Counted from the first letter of the stretch, positions 40,563 to 49,336 are shown. The stretch: 64,000 nucleotides of DNA from Marispirochaeta sp. (GCA_963676835.2 CAXXFF010000001.1:96001-160000), one strand, 5' to 3'. Numbers and translations are program-made. The notes: a model not told the origin generated them from the sequence alone.

Positions 40563-40676
40563 TACTTGAACTGCGCAATAAGCAGGATGTCGATTTCTAC
40601 CCTTCTCGCCGACACCCTGTCTTACAAGCAGTGAGTCTCCCAGGCATTACTTGACCTTGGCATAAAGCGGGCAGCT

Positions 40677-40964
40677 TTGCTGGAAGAGAGGGCGAAGGAC
40701 AACCAGCGCGCTGGTGGAGGCGACCAGAAATCGGGTTTTCAGAAATCTGAAAAGGCGATTGAACCAATCAACACCACCAAAGAAATAGCAGACTATGCCG
40801 GGGTCAGTATAGACACGGCATCGAAGTATAAAAAGTCAACTTTACTTGACTTTACTTTTTTAAAGCCGGTATTTCCGGGCATCCGGGGGTCCAACTTGGG
40901 TGTCCAATATATATCTCTCCCAGGACCCGAAAAAAAAGAGCCGCCCCATATCATCACGACATAG
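40677..40964 (+). pseudogene. Fragment resembling the linker plus HTH of phage ParB-like proteins
   Basis: AKDNQRAGGGDQKS...TTKEIADYAGVSIDTASK; TTG start without clear RBS; the tail looks non-coding. Confidence 0.4.
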
Positions 40965-40970
40965 GACGGC
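40930..40970 (-). terminator. Intrinsic terminator ending the satellite structural operon
   Basis: GCCGTCCTATGTC-GTGAT-GATATGGGGCGGC (13 bp including G-U pairs) plus TCTTTTTTTT. Confidence 0.85.
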
Positions 40971-41097
40971 AAAGTTAAGGAGGGCCGTGGCTATAGAACC
41001 ACGGAAAAGGAGGTAACTGCCTGTGAAACTATTTCACTATTAAAGCAGGCAGCACCACCAATATTTAATCGCCAAGGGAGACCCCTAACCCCGACGG

Positions 41098-41553
41098 TTA
41101 AACCATATTACAGATCATCTTCACTGTTGCTTCCATGCTGGCCGTGCGCACAGCTTCCAGAGGATCATTCAGGCGTGTTCCAATCTCTCCGCGTATGCTT
41201 TTAATGTTCTGTTGCTGCAGCCAGACAAGCCGGTCTTCTACTGCTTGCCGGATTACCGGAGCAATGTCAGTATCAAACTTCTTCAGGTTGCTGGAAACAT
41301 AACTTTCCGCAGCTTTCAGGTCTTCTTTCTTCTTCAGTTCAATTGCAGTGTCTTTGAGGGAAAAAATAGCCCGCTTTATTCCATCATCTTTTGTCTTCAG
41401 TTCAACAATCAGCCGTGTAAACTCGGCTTCGTCTGTACCGTTGGCAAGGGCATCAGCCAGCTTCTTTTCGTTATCCTTGATCTGCTTGGTAAGGGCTTCT
41501 TGATCATTCCGAAGCTGCTGAATTCTATCGTTTACAGCCTTGCTTGTTTTCAT
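41098..41553 (-). CDS. Coiled-coil hypothetical protein
   Basis: 151 aa heptad-rich; ATGA overlap with the protease stop. Confidence 0.7.
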   Translation of the reverse strand: MKTSKAVNDRIQQLRNDQEALTKQIKDNEKKLADALANGTDEAEFTRLIVELKTKDDGIKRAIFSLKDTAIELKKKEDLKAAESYVSSNLKKFDTDIAPVIRQAVEDRLVWLQQQNIKSIRGEIGTRLNDPLEAVRTASMEATVKMICNMV

Positions 41554-42212
41554 ATCGCCTTCCTTTTATACGGATCTGCTGCAAGGATTGCTTTCGCCTG
41601 GTCGCGGATACCGTCAGGGCGTGAAATCAATCCAATACAGGCTGCAACCTGGGAGAAGTCCGGCTTGCTGTAGGATTCATTGAACAAGACTGCAGCAGAG
41701 TTGACTGCAGCTTCTTTCGTTGTTCCAGATTCACCACCTATATAGATGTCGCCGAAGCCGGCATCGACGATCTCCTTCCCGAAGAAATAGGTTGTTTCGT
41801 CCATCAGGTTAAGAATTTCTTCAACACTTTTCCCGGTGCGCCTGGAGTATGTTTCTGCAAGCTGATTATCCAGTCTTTCAAGCAGGACCGACTCTGCAGC
41901 ATGGTCCTTGGCATTTCCTATCGAAATGCCTGATGCCCGGTGAATCATCATCACCGCATCCGGTCCCACTGAAATTACATCGGCGGCCATGGCCATTACA
42001 GACGCCATGCTGGCAGCAAGTAGAATTTGCACCTCAACCTTGCCGGCATAATTCTCGATTTCCCGGTATATCTCGCGGCCGTCAAACACATAGCCGCCCG
42101 GAGAATTGATTACAATTAAAAGACTCTCCCCTGCAGCATCCTTTAATTGTTCCCGGAAATCGGCAGGCGTCACATCTTCACCGATAAAACCCGATATATA
42201 CAATGTTTTCAT
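41550..42212 (-). CDS. ClpP-type phage prohead maturation protease
   Basis: INSPGGYVFDG, LAASMAS, MMIHRA, YSRRTGKS...LMDETTYF...GFGD. Confidence 0.92.
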   Translation of the reverse strand: MKTLYISGFIGEDVTPADFREQLKDAAGESLLIVINSPGGYVFDGREIYREIENYAGKVEVQILLAASMASVMAMAADVISVGPDAVMMIHRASGISIGNAKDHAAESVLLERLDNQLAETYSRRTGKSVEEILNLMDETTYFFGKEIVDAGFGDIYIGGESGTTKEAAVNSAAVLFNESYSKPDFSQVAACIGLISRPDGIRDQAKAILAADPYKRKAI

Positions 42213-42227
42213 ATCACCCCCAAATAT

Positions 42228-42247
42228 GCCCGCCGGTTAAGGCGGGC
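42228..42247 (-). terminator. Hairpin between MCP and protease (weak terminator or mRNA stabiliser)
   Basis: GCCCGCC-N6-GGCGGGC with a poor U-tract. Confidence 0.5.
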
Positions 42248-42260
42248 TATTGGCTATTCC

Positions 42261-43328
42261 CTATGTCCAACCGCTTCCGGTTGAAACACAAGTGTGATTT
42301 ATGTTTGCGGGAAGATACATAAACCGCGCATTTGACCGCAGCCATTCAACAGGAGGATCATTATCAATGAAAGAATCTATGACCAGATCCCCTACTTCCC
42401 GAACAATCTGCTTGCTGGGTGAAGTCACATCAACGCCACGATTACAGCGGTACCCAGGGCCGCCAAGATTGAACATGACCGCTTTGTCGACCGGCATGAA
42501 AGGAGCAGTTGAACCATCCTTGGTGGCAAGGTAAGGCCAATTCGGCTCGTAGGTGAGGATCCACACGGGTACAGGAACGCCGGTAATACTGTATCGTGCA
42601 GCAACGCGGAGACCTTCCGCACCTTTGAGCAGATCGGGAATAAGTTTTTCCTCGATCATGCTTTCAGGATTGGTGTAGTTCCGCTTTTCTTTGACATCTG
42701 CATCAGCAGTCCAGTCAGCGAACCAGTCAGATCCCATAAGAACCGCAAGGTTTCCGCGGGGGATGCCAAAAGGCGTCAGAGCGTCATACATAGCCTTGAG
42801 CGCGGCATCCATCGTAACGGAAGAGAAATTTGCGGTAAGCGTAAGTGATGAATCACGCTCAAAATCTATTTCCTTGACAGTTTCATCGCCATTGTATGCA
42901 GTGAATTTCCCGGTCAGGAATACATCAAGGGCGGCTTTCACGCGAGTCATGCGCGCAGCTGCAAGGAACCCTTTCGGCCCCTCTACAATATGGTGAACTG
43001 CCTGCCGTACATGGTCGGCCGCTCCAGACTTAGGATCTACGCCGGCAACGGCAGAATCCCGCAGGTGTTCATCAATTGGCGTTTTTTCCTTGAATACCGG
43101 AGGCTCAAATTCGTAGCCATCGCCAGGTTCATATTCCCTGACATGGGCTTCCTGCCCTTTTGTGAGCGCACGAAGCGCGAAAGGGTTGCCGGTATACGTA
43201 TCAATTTTGACGGTGGTGTTCCGGCTGTTATCCAAGGAAGGGAAAAGCACTTCATCGATCTGCTTTCCTTTAAAAGCCATATCCTCATAATAAAGTTTTG
43301 CGGTTTCGGTTAAAATCTGAATAGACAT
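42261..43328 (-). CDS. Major capsid protein (lambda gpE-like family)
   Basis: 355 aa; FEPPVFKEK, LTGKF...IDF, FMPVDKAVM and C-terminal DPPVEWLRSNARFMYLP pattern; follows a decoration-like gene. Confidence 0.8.
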   Translation of the reverse strand: MSIQILTETAKLYYEDMAFKGKQIDEVLFPSLDNSRNTTVKIDTYTGNPFALRALTKGQEAHVREYEPGDGYEFEPPVFKEKTPIDEHLRDSAVAGVDPKSGAADHVRQAVHHIVEGPKGFLAAARMTRVKAALDVFLTGKFTAYNGDETVKEIDFERDSSLTLTANFSSVTMDAALKAMYDALTPFGIPRGNLAVLMGSDWFADWTADADVKEKRNYTNPESMIEEKLIPDLLKGAEGLRVAARYSITGVPVPVWILTYEPNWPYLATKDGSTAPFMPVDKAVMFNLGGPGYRCNRGVDVTSPSKQIVREVGDLVIDSFIDNDPPVEWLRSNARFMYLPANINHTCVSTGSGWT

Positions 43329-43339
43329 CTATTGCCTCC

Positions 43340-43654
43340 TTAACGCAGAATGATGCCGTTGGTGAGTGCGGAATTCCGCAGATCATCTGTAACAGTGAGG
43401 GCTGCATCTGAGTCATCAACCAGAGCAGATTCCAGAATTTCAGATCCAGACACAGCAACAAGCAGCAGCCCTTCAGAAGAAAGGGTTTTATCTTCCCAGA
43501 CAATGCCCTGGATGGCTGAAGCGCTGTATTCGTAGTTGTCGTTTGTGTCGTTGTAAGCAACCGGCATACCGATGTAATAGGTATCAGCGGCGGCGGTTAG
43601 CTTCTTGGTTTTGATTGTCCCGGCAATGGGATAGGTTCCGTTGTATTCGGACAT
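43340..43654 (-). CDS. Head decoration protein (gpD-like)
   Basis: 104 aa immediately upstream of MCP; IQGIVWED...VSGSE...LRNSALTNGIILR pattern. Confidence 0.7.
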   Translation of the reverse strand: MSEYNGTYPIAGTIKTKKLTAAADTYYIGMPVAYNDTNDNYEYSASAIQGIVWEDKTLSSEGLLLVAVSGSEILESALVDDSDAALTVTDDLRNSALTNGIILR

Positions 43655-44004
43655 TATTTGCCTCCTTTAAGAATTGCAGCAGCCTGTTCTCTTACTGCAT
43701 GCGGCTTGAAATCTGCGTCCTGCCATGGTTCGCGTGCGGCTGAGATTCCACCGATTTCGGCAGAATTGTTTTTAGGTGGCACGTGATAGACGGCTGCAAC
43801 CTTCTCGGCGTAAGCCTGTGGTGATAAACCATTCTTGATTGCATCAAGCAATTCATCAGACAGCCTTGCACCTGAATCATTCAGCAACGCCATAATGTTG
43901 CTGGTCGCGGCGTTCCTACCCTGGACTTCTGCGGCAGTGATACACATTTCATGCTCTGCACGCAATTCCGGGTGGCTCTCGAAAACATGTTTTAGGGTTT
44001 CCAT
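43654..44004 (-). CDS. Putative stand-alone capsid scaffolding protein
   Basis: LKHVFESHPELRAE...AAEVQGR...DAIKNGLS resembles C-terminal scaffold domains of protease-scaffold fusions; sits before the decoration gene; RBS GGAGG. Confidence 0.55.
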   Translation of the reverse strand: METLKHVFESHPELRAEHEMCITAAEVQGRNAATSNIMALLNDSGARLSDELLDAIKNGLSPQAYAEKVAAVYHVPPKNNSAEIGGISAAREPWQDADFKPHAVREQAAAILKGGK

Positions 44005-44190
44005 AATCCCCTCCCAATTTATACCGGATTCCCGGCGATTTTTTCCGGCTCAAGCCGGATGTCAACTTGTCAATTACAGCGCTATGTCAACCAATCTCTG
44101 GGTGACAAAACCAATTTTCACCTCTCAGAAATCAACACACGCGGGTCCGGCTTTGGTTTCCGCATATATCCGTATAAGAACCTATTTGCC

Positions 44191-46257
44191 TCACAGATTG
44201 GCACCGCTCACCACCACTTCGCCGGCATCCACGCCCTTCTGCATCACTTCCCATATGACCGATTCGTCAAGCTTGGCCACGACAGTCAGGTTACCGGCGA
44301 TACTCTCACCCCTGGGCGTTACATGGATGTTTTCGCCTGGGTTAAACCGGTACAATTGACTATCCCCTCTGCTCGATGCTGCCGATTCAGGCACCACGAA
44401 ATTACCACCGGTTTCTGCTGGTATAGGTGTTGATAGAATCTTGATCTGCTGTGCCAGGCCGGATGCCAGTACAGCTGCAGCGGCAATGGTATTGGCCGGG
44501 AAAGGCACTTCGGCAAGTACACGGGTAAATGCAAGATAGCTGTTTATTGCCGCGGATGCTGAAGCAAGACCCTTTTCAAGAATGGCGGCTTCCCGGCTTT
44601 CATCTGAAAAGTTGCTGAAGATAGAAGCAAGCCCGCTGAGAAGATCGCCGGTTGCACTTATTGTTGCCTGACGGACTGCCAGTCTGGCAGCTTCCTGTTG
44701 GGCAACAATTGCAGTGAGGTTTCTTTCTGCCTCCCCTGCGGCTTCTGCTGCTTCAATCTGAGAAGTGACCCATTCATCAATCCAGCTCTGCCTTGTTTCC
44801 TGCGCGGTCCATAACGCCTCTTGGGCTGCTGTATTCTGTATGAGCTGTTCCTGCTGTAGCGTCAGTGCTTCTGTTTCTGCCTGGATGGCAAGTTCTGCTT
44901 CTTTTGATAATTGAACCGCTGCAGCCTTCTGAGCATTGAGAGAAATAGCGGCATTTTCCTCTTCCACATATGCAAGAGAGAGCATGGAATTTACTCGATG
45001 GAGAGACGTTTCAGCCTCCTCAAGTTTTTTGGTAACATTGATTCCGCGTAGTTTCTGCAGGTTGAGTTCATTTATTACATGTTCCTGCCATTTGGCCGCT
45101 TCGGTAAGGGTATCGACATCGCGGGCACCGTTTACCATAACCGCGTCAAATGCTTTCCGGCCGGCGGTGTAGCTGTTCATAGTAGTGAGGATGTCAGCAA
45201 GGAGGTTCTTTGCCGGGGTCAGTGCTTCAAGTACAAATGCGCCCCAATGTTCTTTTGATTCAACAACAGCTTCATTGAGACGCCGGCTGACATTGGCGGC
45301 ACTGTCTGCGGTTCGTGCATAATCACCGATGGCGTTTTTACTCTGTTCTGTGGCAAGTGCAAGGGTAGCATAAATCTTCGCCTGCTGCTCCGATGAAAAG
45401 GTCAGTCCTTGCTGTGCCTGTTCAAGCATTTCAGCTTTGACCATGGCATCATTGATAACGATTCCATAAGTTTTCAGGGCTTCTCGTTCGCCAGAGTAAG
45501 CGCTGGTTAAAGCCTTTGAGACTGCCTCTGCCCCACCTCTTGCATTGGTGAAGCTGGCAAGGTCAATGGCAAGTCGGTTGGTCTGGTCTGAAAGGTTCAA
45601 GGCTTCATCTGCTGCAAGACCGAAACCGGTTAACAGATCCCCGGTATTCCCTAAAAGCTTCCGGGCAGTAGAGCCGGCAAGGTCGAAATCTTCGGCAAGT
45701 GCATTGGCCATACGATTTGATTCTGTTGTCACCGAATCAAAGACAACTTCATATTTACTTAAAATCTCTTGGGCTTCGGATGCCGCTTCTGCGGATTCCT
45801 TGCTCACCTCTATCAGTTTGGAAAAACCATTCTGTGCAAGGCTGATAACTGAAGCGCCCAGGCCAACCATAACGCCATCCATGAGGCTGAATTTGCTGCT
45901 GGCTTTTTTGGCTTCTGCGGCTGCATCCTCAATTTCCGCGTCAAGTTGTTGGTATCGTTTTTTGAGAGATAGAACTGCTTCATCCTGCGGATTCAGTCCG
46001 TTCCGAATAAGCCTTTCAATTTCCCTGCGCAATCCCGCATGTTCTGCAGCTAAACCCTCAACCGGTCCCCGTGTCGCAGTGATTGCAGCGGCAGCCCTTT
46101 GATTCTTCTGAATAAAGCTGTCTATGGCATCATTCTTAAAAGACTTTTGAAACTTCTCTATCCGGGCAGCCTCTTTCTCTGTGAGCTGCCCGATTGACTT
46201 AATATCTGCAGCCGCTTTATCAAAATCGCTTTTAATTGTTAGGTTTATTTGTGCCAC
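44191..46257 (-). CDS. Tail tape-measure-like protein
   Basis: 688 aa Ala-rich helical; LAIDLASFTN...ALTSAYSGEREALKTYGIVI and C-terminal ETGGNFVVP...GDS...NPGENIHVTP TMP motifs. Confidence 0.85.
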   Translation of the reverse strand: MAQINLTIKSDFDKAAADIKSIGQLTEKEAARIEKFQKSFKNDAIDSFIQKNQRAAAAITATRGPVEGLAAEHAGLRREIERLIRNGLNPQDEAVLSLKKRYQQLDAEIEDAAAEAKKASSKFSLMDGVMVGLGASVISLAQNGFSKLIEVSKESAEAASEAQEILSKYEVVFDSVTTESNRMANALAEDFDLAGSTARKLLGNTGDLLTGFGLAADEALNLSDQTNRLAIDLASFTNARGGAEAVSKALTSAYSGEREALKTYGIVINDAMVKAEMLEQAQQGLTFSSEQQAKIYATLALATEQSKNAIGDYARTADSAANVSRRLNEAVVESKEHWGAFVLEALTPAKNLLADILTTMNSYTAGRKAFDAVMVNGARDVDTLTEAAKWQEHVINELNLQKLRGINVTKKLEEAETSLHRVNSMLSLAYVEEENAAISLNAQKAAAVQLSKEAELAIQAETEALTLQQEQLIQNTAAQEALWTAQETRQSWIDEWVTSQIEAAEAAGEAERNLTAIVAQQEAARLAVRQATISATGDLLSGLASIFSNFSDESREAAILEKGLASASAAINSYLAFTRVLAEVPFPANTIAAAAVLASGLAQQIKILSTPIPAETGGNFVVPESAASSRGDSQLYRFNPGENIHVTPRGESIAGNLTVVAKLDESVIWEVMQKGVDAGEVVVSGANL

Positions 46258-46258
46258 G

Positions 46259-46540
46259 TTATGCCTCCTGCTCTTCGGGAACGATCAAACCGGGATAATA
46301 GATTTTGGCCATCCAGCTATCGGGAAAATCTTTTTGAAACATTGCGCTCAAATCGTCCCGGGACATACCAAGCAACCGGATCACCTTTTGCATGCGGCCT
46401 TCAATGATGGTTGTCCCCTTTTCACAGTCTCGAAGTGATTCAATCAGCAGATTGATTGAAGTTTCTATTGCATGCAGAGCTATGCCGGTGCATACATGCT
46501 GGTCCGGTAGTAATCCTGTTTTTTTCTTTCGTGCCATCAT
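46259..46540 (-). CDS. Hypothetical protein
   Basis: 93 aa, RBS GGAGG, ends 1 nt before the TMP start. Confidence 0.65.
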   Translation of the reverse strand: MMARKKKTGLLPDQHVCTGIALHAIETSINLLIESLRDCEKGTTIIEGRMQKVIRLLGMSRDDLSAMFQKDFPDSWMAKIYYPGLIVPEEQEA

Positions 46541-46553
46541 CTATTGCCTCCAA

Positions 46554-47843
46554 TCAAAAAATATCAAGGACATTACTGGCGCTTTCGTTACCAGTAACCC
46601 CAGGTGTAACCGGTAACCCCGGTAACTCGGTAACCGAGTCTTTAGAAACCGGGTTACTACGGTTTCCAGAGTTACCATGGGTTACTGCGGTTACCGGGGT
46701 TACCGGTTCTTCACCTGCAATGCAGTACACACCAGACATGCTGTTTAATTTCCCGTCCTTAGACATTGACCACATTAATTTCTTTATAGCTGACTCACTT
46801 CGAGAGTCACCGGTTTCTTGTAAATGCCGGTGCATATCTTTTGGTGTCATTGGACCGAGACGTTTAATGATGTCAAAAATTATTTGTCGTTCTTCAGTTT
46901 TTTGTATTTCTTGCACTTCACCTTTGATTGACCAAGTGCCGATGGAAGCATCAAAATCCATCGCATATTCTTTCTCTTCTACGTCTCGACCGGTGATTGA
47001 AAGGACGGCTTGGCGTGACATGCGATCACGACGTAAAACCATGGTTGTATCTGCACCCGCGGCAAAAGCCTGTGATCCAAGCACTGAAGAAACAAAATCA
47101 GAAGCCTCGGCTTTTCTGGTGTGATGAACGCATACTATTGCTGTCTCTGTTTCGTCGGCAACAGCTTTTAATTCACTTACAAAATTGGTTACACTGTGGT
47201 AATCATTGCCATCCTCAATGTGTGCAAACATGCCAAGGGTATCGATCACGCATAGACGGGTTTCAGGAAACTTCTCAAGCCATTCCCGCAGTTTTTCAAC
47301 TGGTTTTTCCCTGGGCCAAGAAAGAACGATTTGACAATCATCGCGGGGTTCAGCGCCTGTCTTGATTAAACGGCTTTTCATTCGTCGAGCAGTATCTTCA
47401 AGTGCCAGGTACAACGTGGGGCCTGGATCAACTTTTATTTTACCGAGGACATAACCACCAGCCGCGACGGCAGTTACAACCGAAAGGACCATCCAAGACT
47501 TCCCCATTTTTGAAGGACCAGCAAACAAGGAATATCCTTCAGGTATCAATCCGGGGACAATCCATTTCGGTTCTGGAAAATCAGTTGAAAATAGCTCTCT
47601 GGTGCTCCACACGATTTTTCTTGTCTTATTTTCAGGTATATCAACCTGAACGTCTTTGTAGACGCCTAACTGCTCTTCAACCAGATATCGTGCATTGAAA
47701 GGAGGTGTCCCGCAAAAGGTTTTTTCCCCTGCCTGAATAAACTTTTCAATTTCACTTAAAATATTCAGCAGTTCATCAGGGGTTTTAAGTTTGAGACTTT
47801 CAGCAAAATCTATTCCTTCCGTTTTTTTAATACTTTTTGACAT
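46554..47843 (-). CDS. AAA_25/RepA-type replicative helicase with C-terminal wHTH
   Basis: PKWIVPGLIP, GPSKMGKS, LYLALED, VIDTL, VHHTRK, GSQAF; TGATG coupling with the upstream gene. Confidence 0.88.
   Translation of the reverse strand: MSKSIKKTEGIDFAESLKLKTPDELLNILSEIEKFIQAGEKTFCGTPPFNARYLVEEQLGVYKDVQVDIPENKTRKIVWSTRELFSTDFPEPKWIVPGLIPEGYSLFAGPSKMGKSWMVLSVVTAVAAGGYVLGKIKVDPGPTLYLALEDTARRMKSRLIKTGAEPRDDCQIVLSWPREKPVEKLREWLEKFPETRLCVIDTLGMFAHIEDGNDYHSVTNFVSELKAVADETETAIVCVHHTRKAEASDFVSSVLGSQAFAAGADTTMVLRRDRMSRQAVLSITGRDVEEKEYAMDFDASIGTWSIKGEVQEIQKTEERQIIFDIIKRLGPMTPKDMHRHLQETGDSRSESAIKKLMWSMSKDGKLNSMSGVYCIAGEEPVTPVTAVTHGNSGNRSNPVSKDSVTELPGLPVTPGVTGNESASNVLDIF
46587..46703. repeat. GTAAC/GTTAC iteron array, putative replication origin
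   Basis: GTAAC at 46594, 46606, 46613, 46622, 46630; GTTAC at 46587, 46653, 46671, 46681, 46690, 46699. Confidence 0.75.
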
Positions 47844-48181
47844 CAACGATCCCCAGCCAACCAACTAAGAAAAGGGTCCGCAAGATCTGCAACATCATCT
47901 GTTTTAGGTTTATCGCCTGTATAAAAAAAGCGTTGCCCTGGTAGCAGAACTGTCACGCCCGGCGTTACCTGTCCAGCCTTGATTAACCTGCCTATGACAT
48001 CTTCTGTGGATACCCGATAGAAGAGCAGATACCCATCAACGGCTGTTACGGCAGCAGTTTTTTCGGCAAGTCTTGTTGTGATCCCACGTGTTTCTTTGTA
48101 ATCCGAAATCGCAGCTCTTCCGTATTCTTTCGTGACATGTACAGCAATGATGCCTGACGGGACATTAGCCTTTTGCAGCAT
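47843..48181 (-). CDS. Hypothetical protein
   Basis: 112 aa, coupled in the alpA-rep operon. Confidence 0.65.
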   Translation of the reverse strand: MLQKANVPSGIIAVHVTKEYGRAAISDYKETRGITTRLAEKTAAVTAVDGYLLFYRVSTEDVIGRLIKAGQVTPGVTVLLPGQRFFYTGDKPKTDDVADLADPFLSWLAGDR

Positions 48182-48353
48182 AAGAACTCCGGTGATCCGG
48201 TTTCATTGTTTCGGAAATTGTCTTTTCGATTTTGCTGATACGGCCGGCATGAACAGTGACCATAGCACCAACGGACCCAAAGGGATTGGCCGCGATCTGT
48301 TCTTGAAAAAACTTGGCAACCGCCAGAATTTCGGGTTCAAGATTGACGGTCAT
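48165..48353 (-). CDS. Small DUF2292-like protein
   Basis: FGSVGAMVTVHAGRISKIEKT. Confidence 0.55.
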   Translation of the reverse strand: MTVNLEPEILAVAKFFQEQIAANPFGSVGAMVTVHAGRISKIEKTISETMKPDHRSSYAAKG

Positions 48354-48532
48354 CGGCGTCCTCCAACAGGAACACGCCTTGAATCAATCCATTCTCGAAT
48401 TTCTTCAGGATCGAAGAAAACCCTTGAGCCAATTTTAATGTGTGGTAGCTGGCCTCTTGAAACCAGCGCCCTCACGGTCTGCTCCGCTAACGGTAGTTCC
48501 GCTTTTATTGTTTTATAAGTTAGAAGTGCCAT
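48350..48532 (-). CDS. AlpA/excisionase-type HTH protein
   Basis: LAEQTVRALVSRGQLPHIKIGSRVFFDPEEIREWI; RBS AGGAGG. Confidence 0.9.
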   Translation of the reverse strand: MALLTYKTIKAELPLAEQTVRALVSRGQLPHIKIGSRVFFDPEEIREWIDSRRVPVGGRR

Positions 48533-48629
48533 CGCTGTACCTCCTGCGCTTTATCTGTGCATAAGGTAGCCTGACTGTTGTGAGTTGTATTGAGGGAAAA
48601 ATTACGGGGATTATGCGGGGATTATGTTT

Positions 48630-49328
48630 TTATATAAGATTATTAAAAGTTTCTCGTTCCATCTTCGAAAAAAAATGATCATTTTTTGATAGCGTCTCGT
48701 CTTCCTTTCTTTGAACCGCTGGGACAATATCAGCATAGGAGCCATCTTTCTTCCTGTATACATATTGCCCAAATAATTCAGGTATTGTGGTTTTTTCTGA
48801 AAAGAACTTGCTGTAAATACATTTAGCCCTACCAATGGTTCCGGTGAAAATATATTTCCCGCTATCTGCCGGATCCTTTTTAACTAAATTTAGGGTTACA
48901 AGAGTTGAATGGAAGGCATCGGTGAAGTTGACTACATGGTTCCCACCATCCTGTTGATTCCAGTCCTTAGGTCCGCATCCAAATACACGTAGCTTTGATT
49001 CAATTTCTTCAATAAGTCCGTTAATATTATTAAAATCATCAGGATGTTCATTACCAAGCATCTCATCTAAGTATTGCTTTTGCCGCAGAGCGTGACTGCG
49101 CTGTTTTTTTAGGTTTTCTATCCTGGCTTCATTTGAATTTGGAAATTCTTCCCGTAGCTCACGCATGTAATCACTAAACGTTCTGCCAGCAATTGTGTAT
49201 TCTGGTCCATTTTTATATAGGCCTATGCTCTGGTTAAATCTATATCGCTCTGAACCGGTCACAGGCTCACCCTGAGAATTACCTTCAATAAAATTTATAG
49301 CATCTTTGTAAAATTCATCATCAGTCAT
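48630..49328 (-). CDS. Hypothetical protein
   Basis: 232 aa with RBS GGGAGG; no family recognised. Confidence 0.7.
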   Translation of the reverse strand: MTDDEFYKDAINFIEGNSQGEPVTGSERYRFNQSIGLYKNGPEYTIAGRTFSDYMRELREEFPNSNEARIENLKKQRSHALRQKQYLDEMLGNEHPDDFNNINGLIEEIESKLRVFGCGPKDWNQQDGGNHVVNFTDAFHSTLVTLNLVKKDPADSGKYIFTGTIGRAKCIYSKFFSEKTTIPELFGQYVYRKKDGSYADIVPAVQRKEDETLSKNDHFFSKMERETFNNLI

Positions 49329-49336
49329 TTAGCCCG

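Noticed and set aside
46587..46703. CRISPR array
   Set aside because: The repeats are only 5-7 bp with short irregular gaps, and there are no cas genes. No CRISPR array was seen anywhere in the window.
46456..47124. 222-aa plus-strand ORF in the satellite
   Set aside because: Antisense to the helicase; openness is partly explained by the symmetric iterons; no RBS or motifs.
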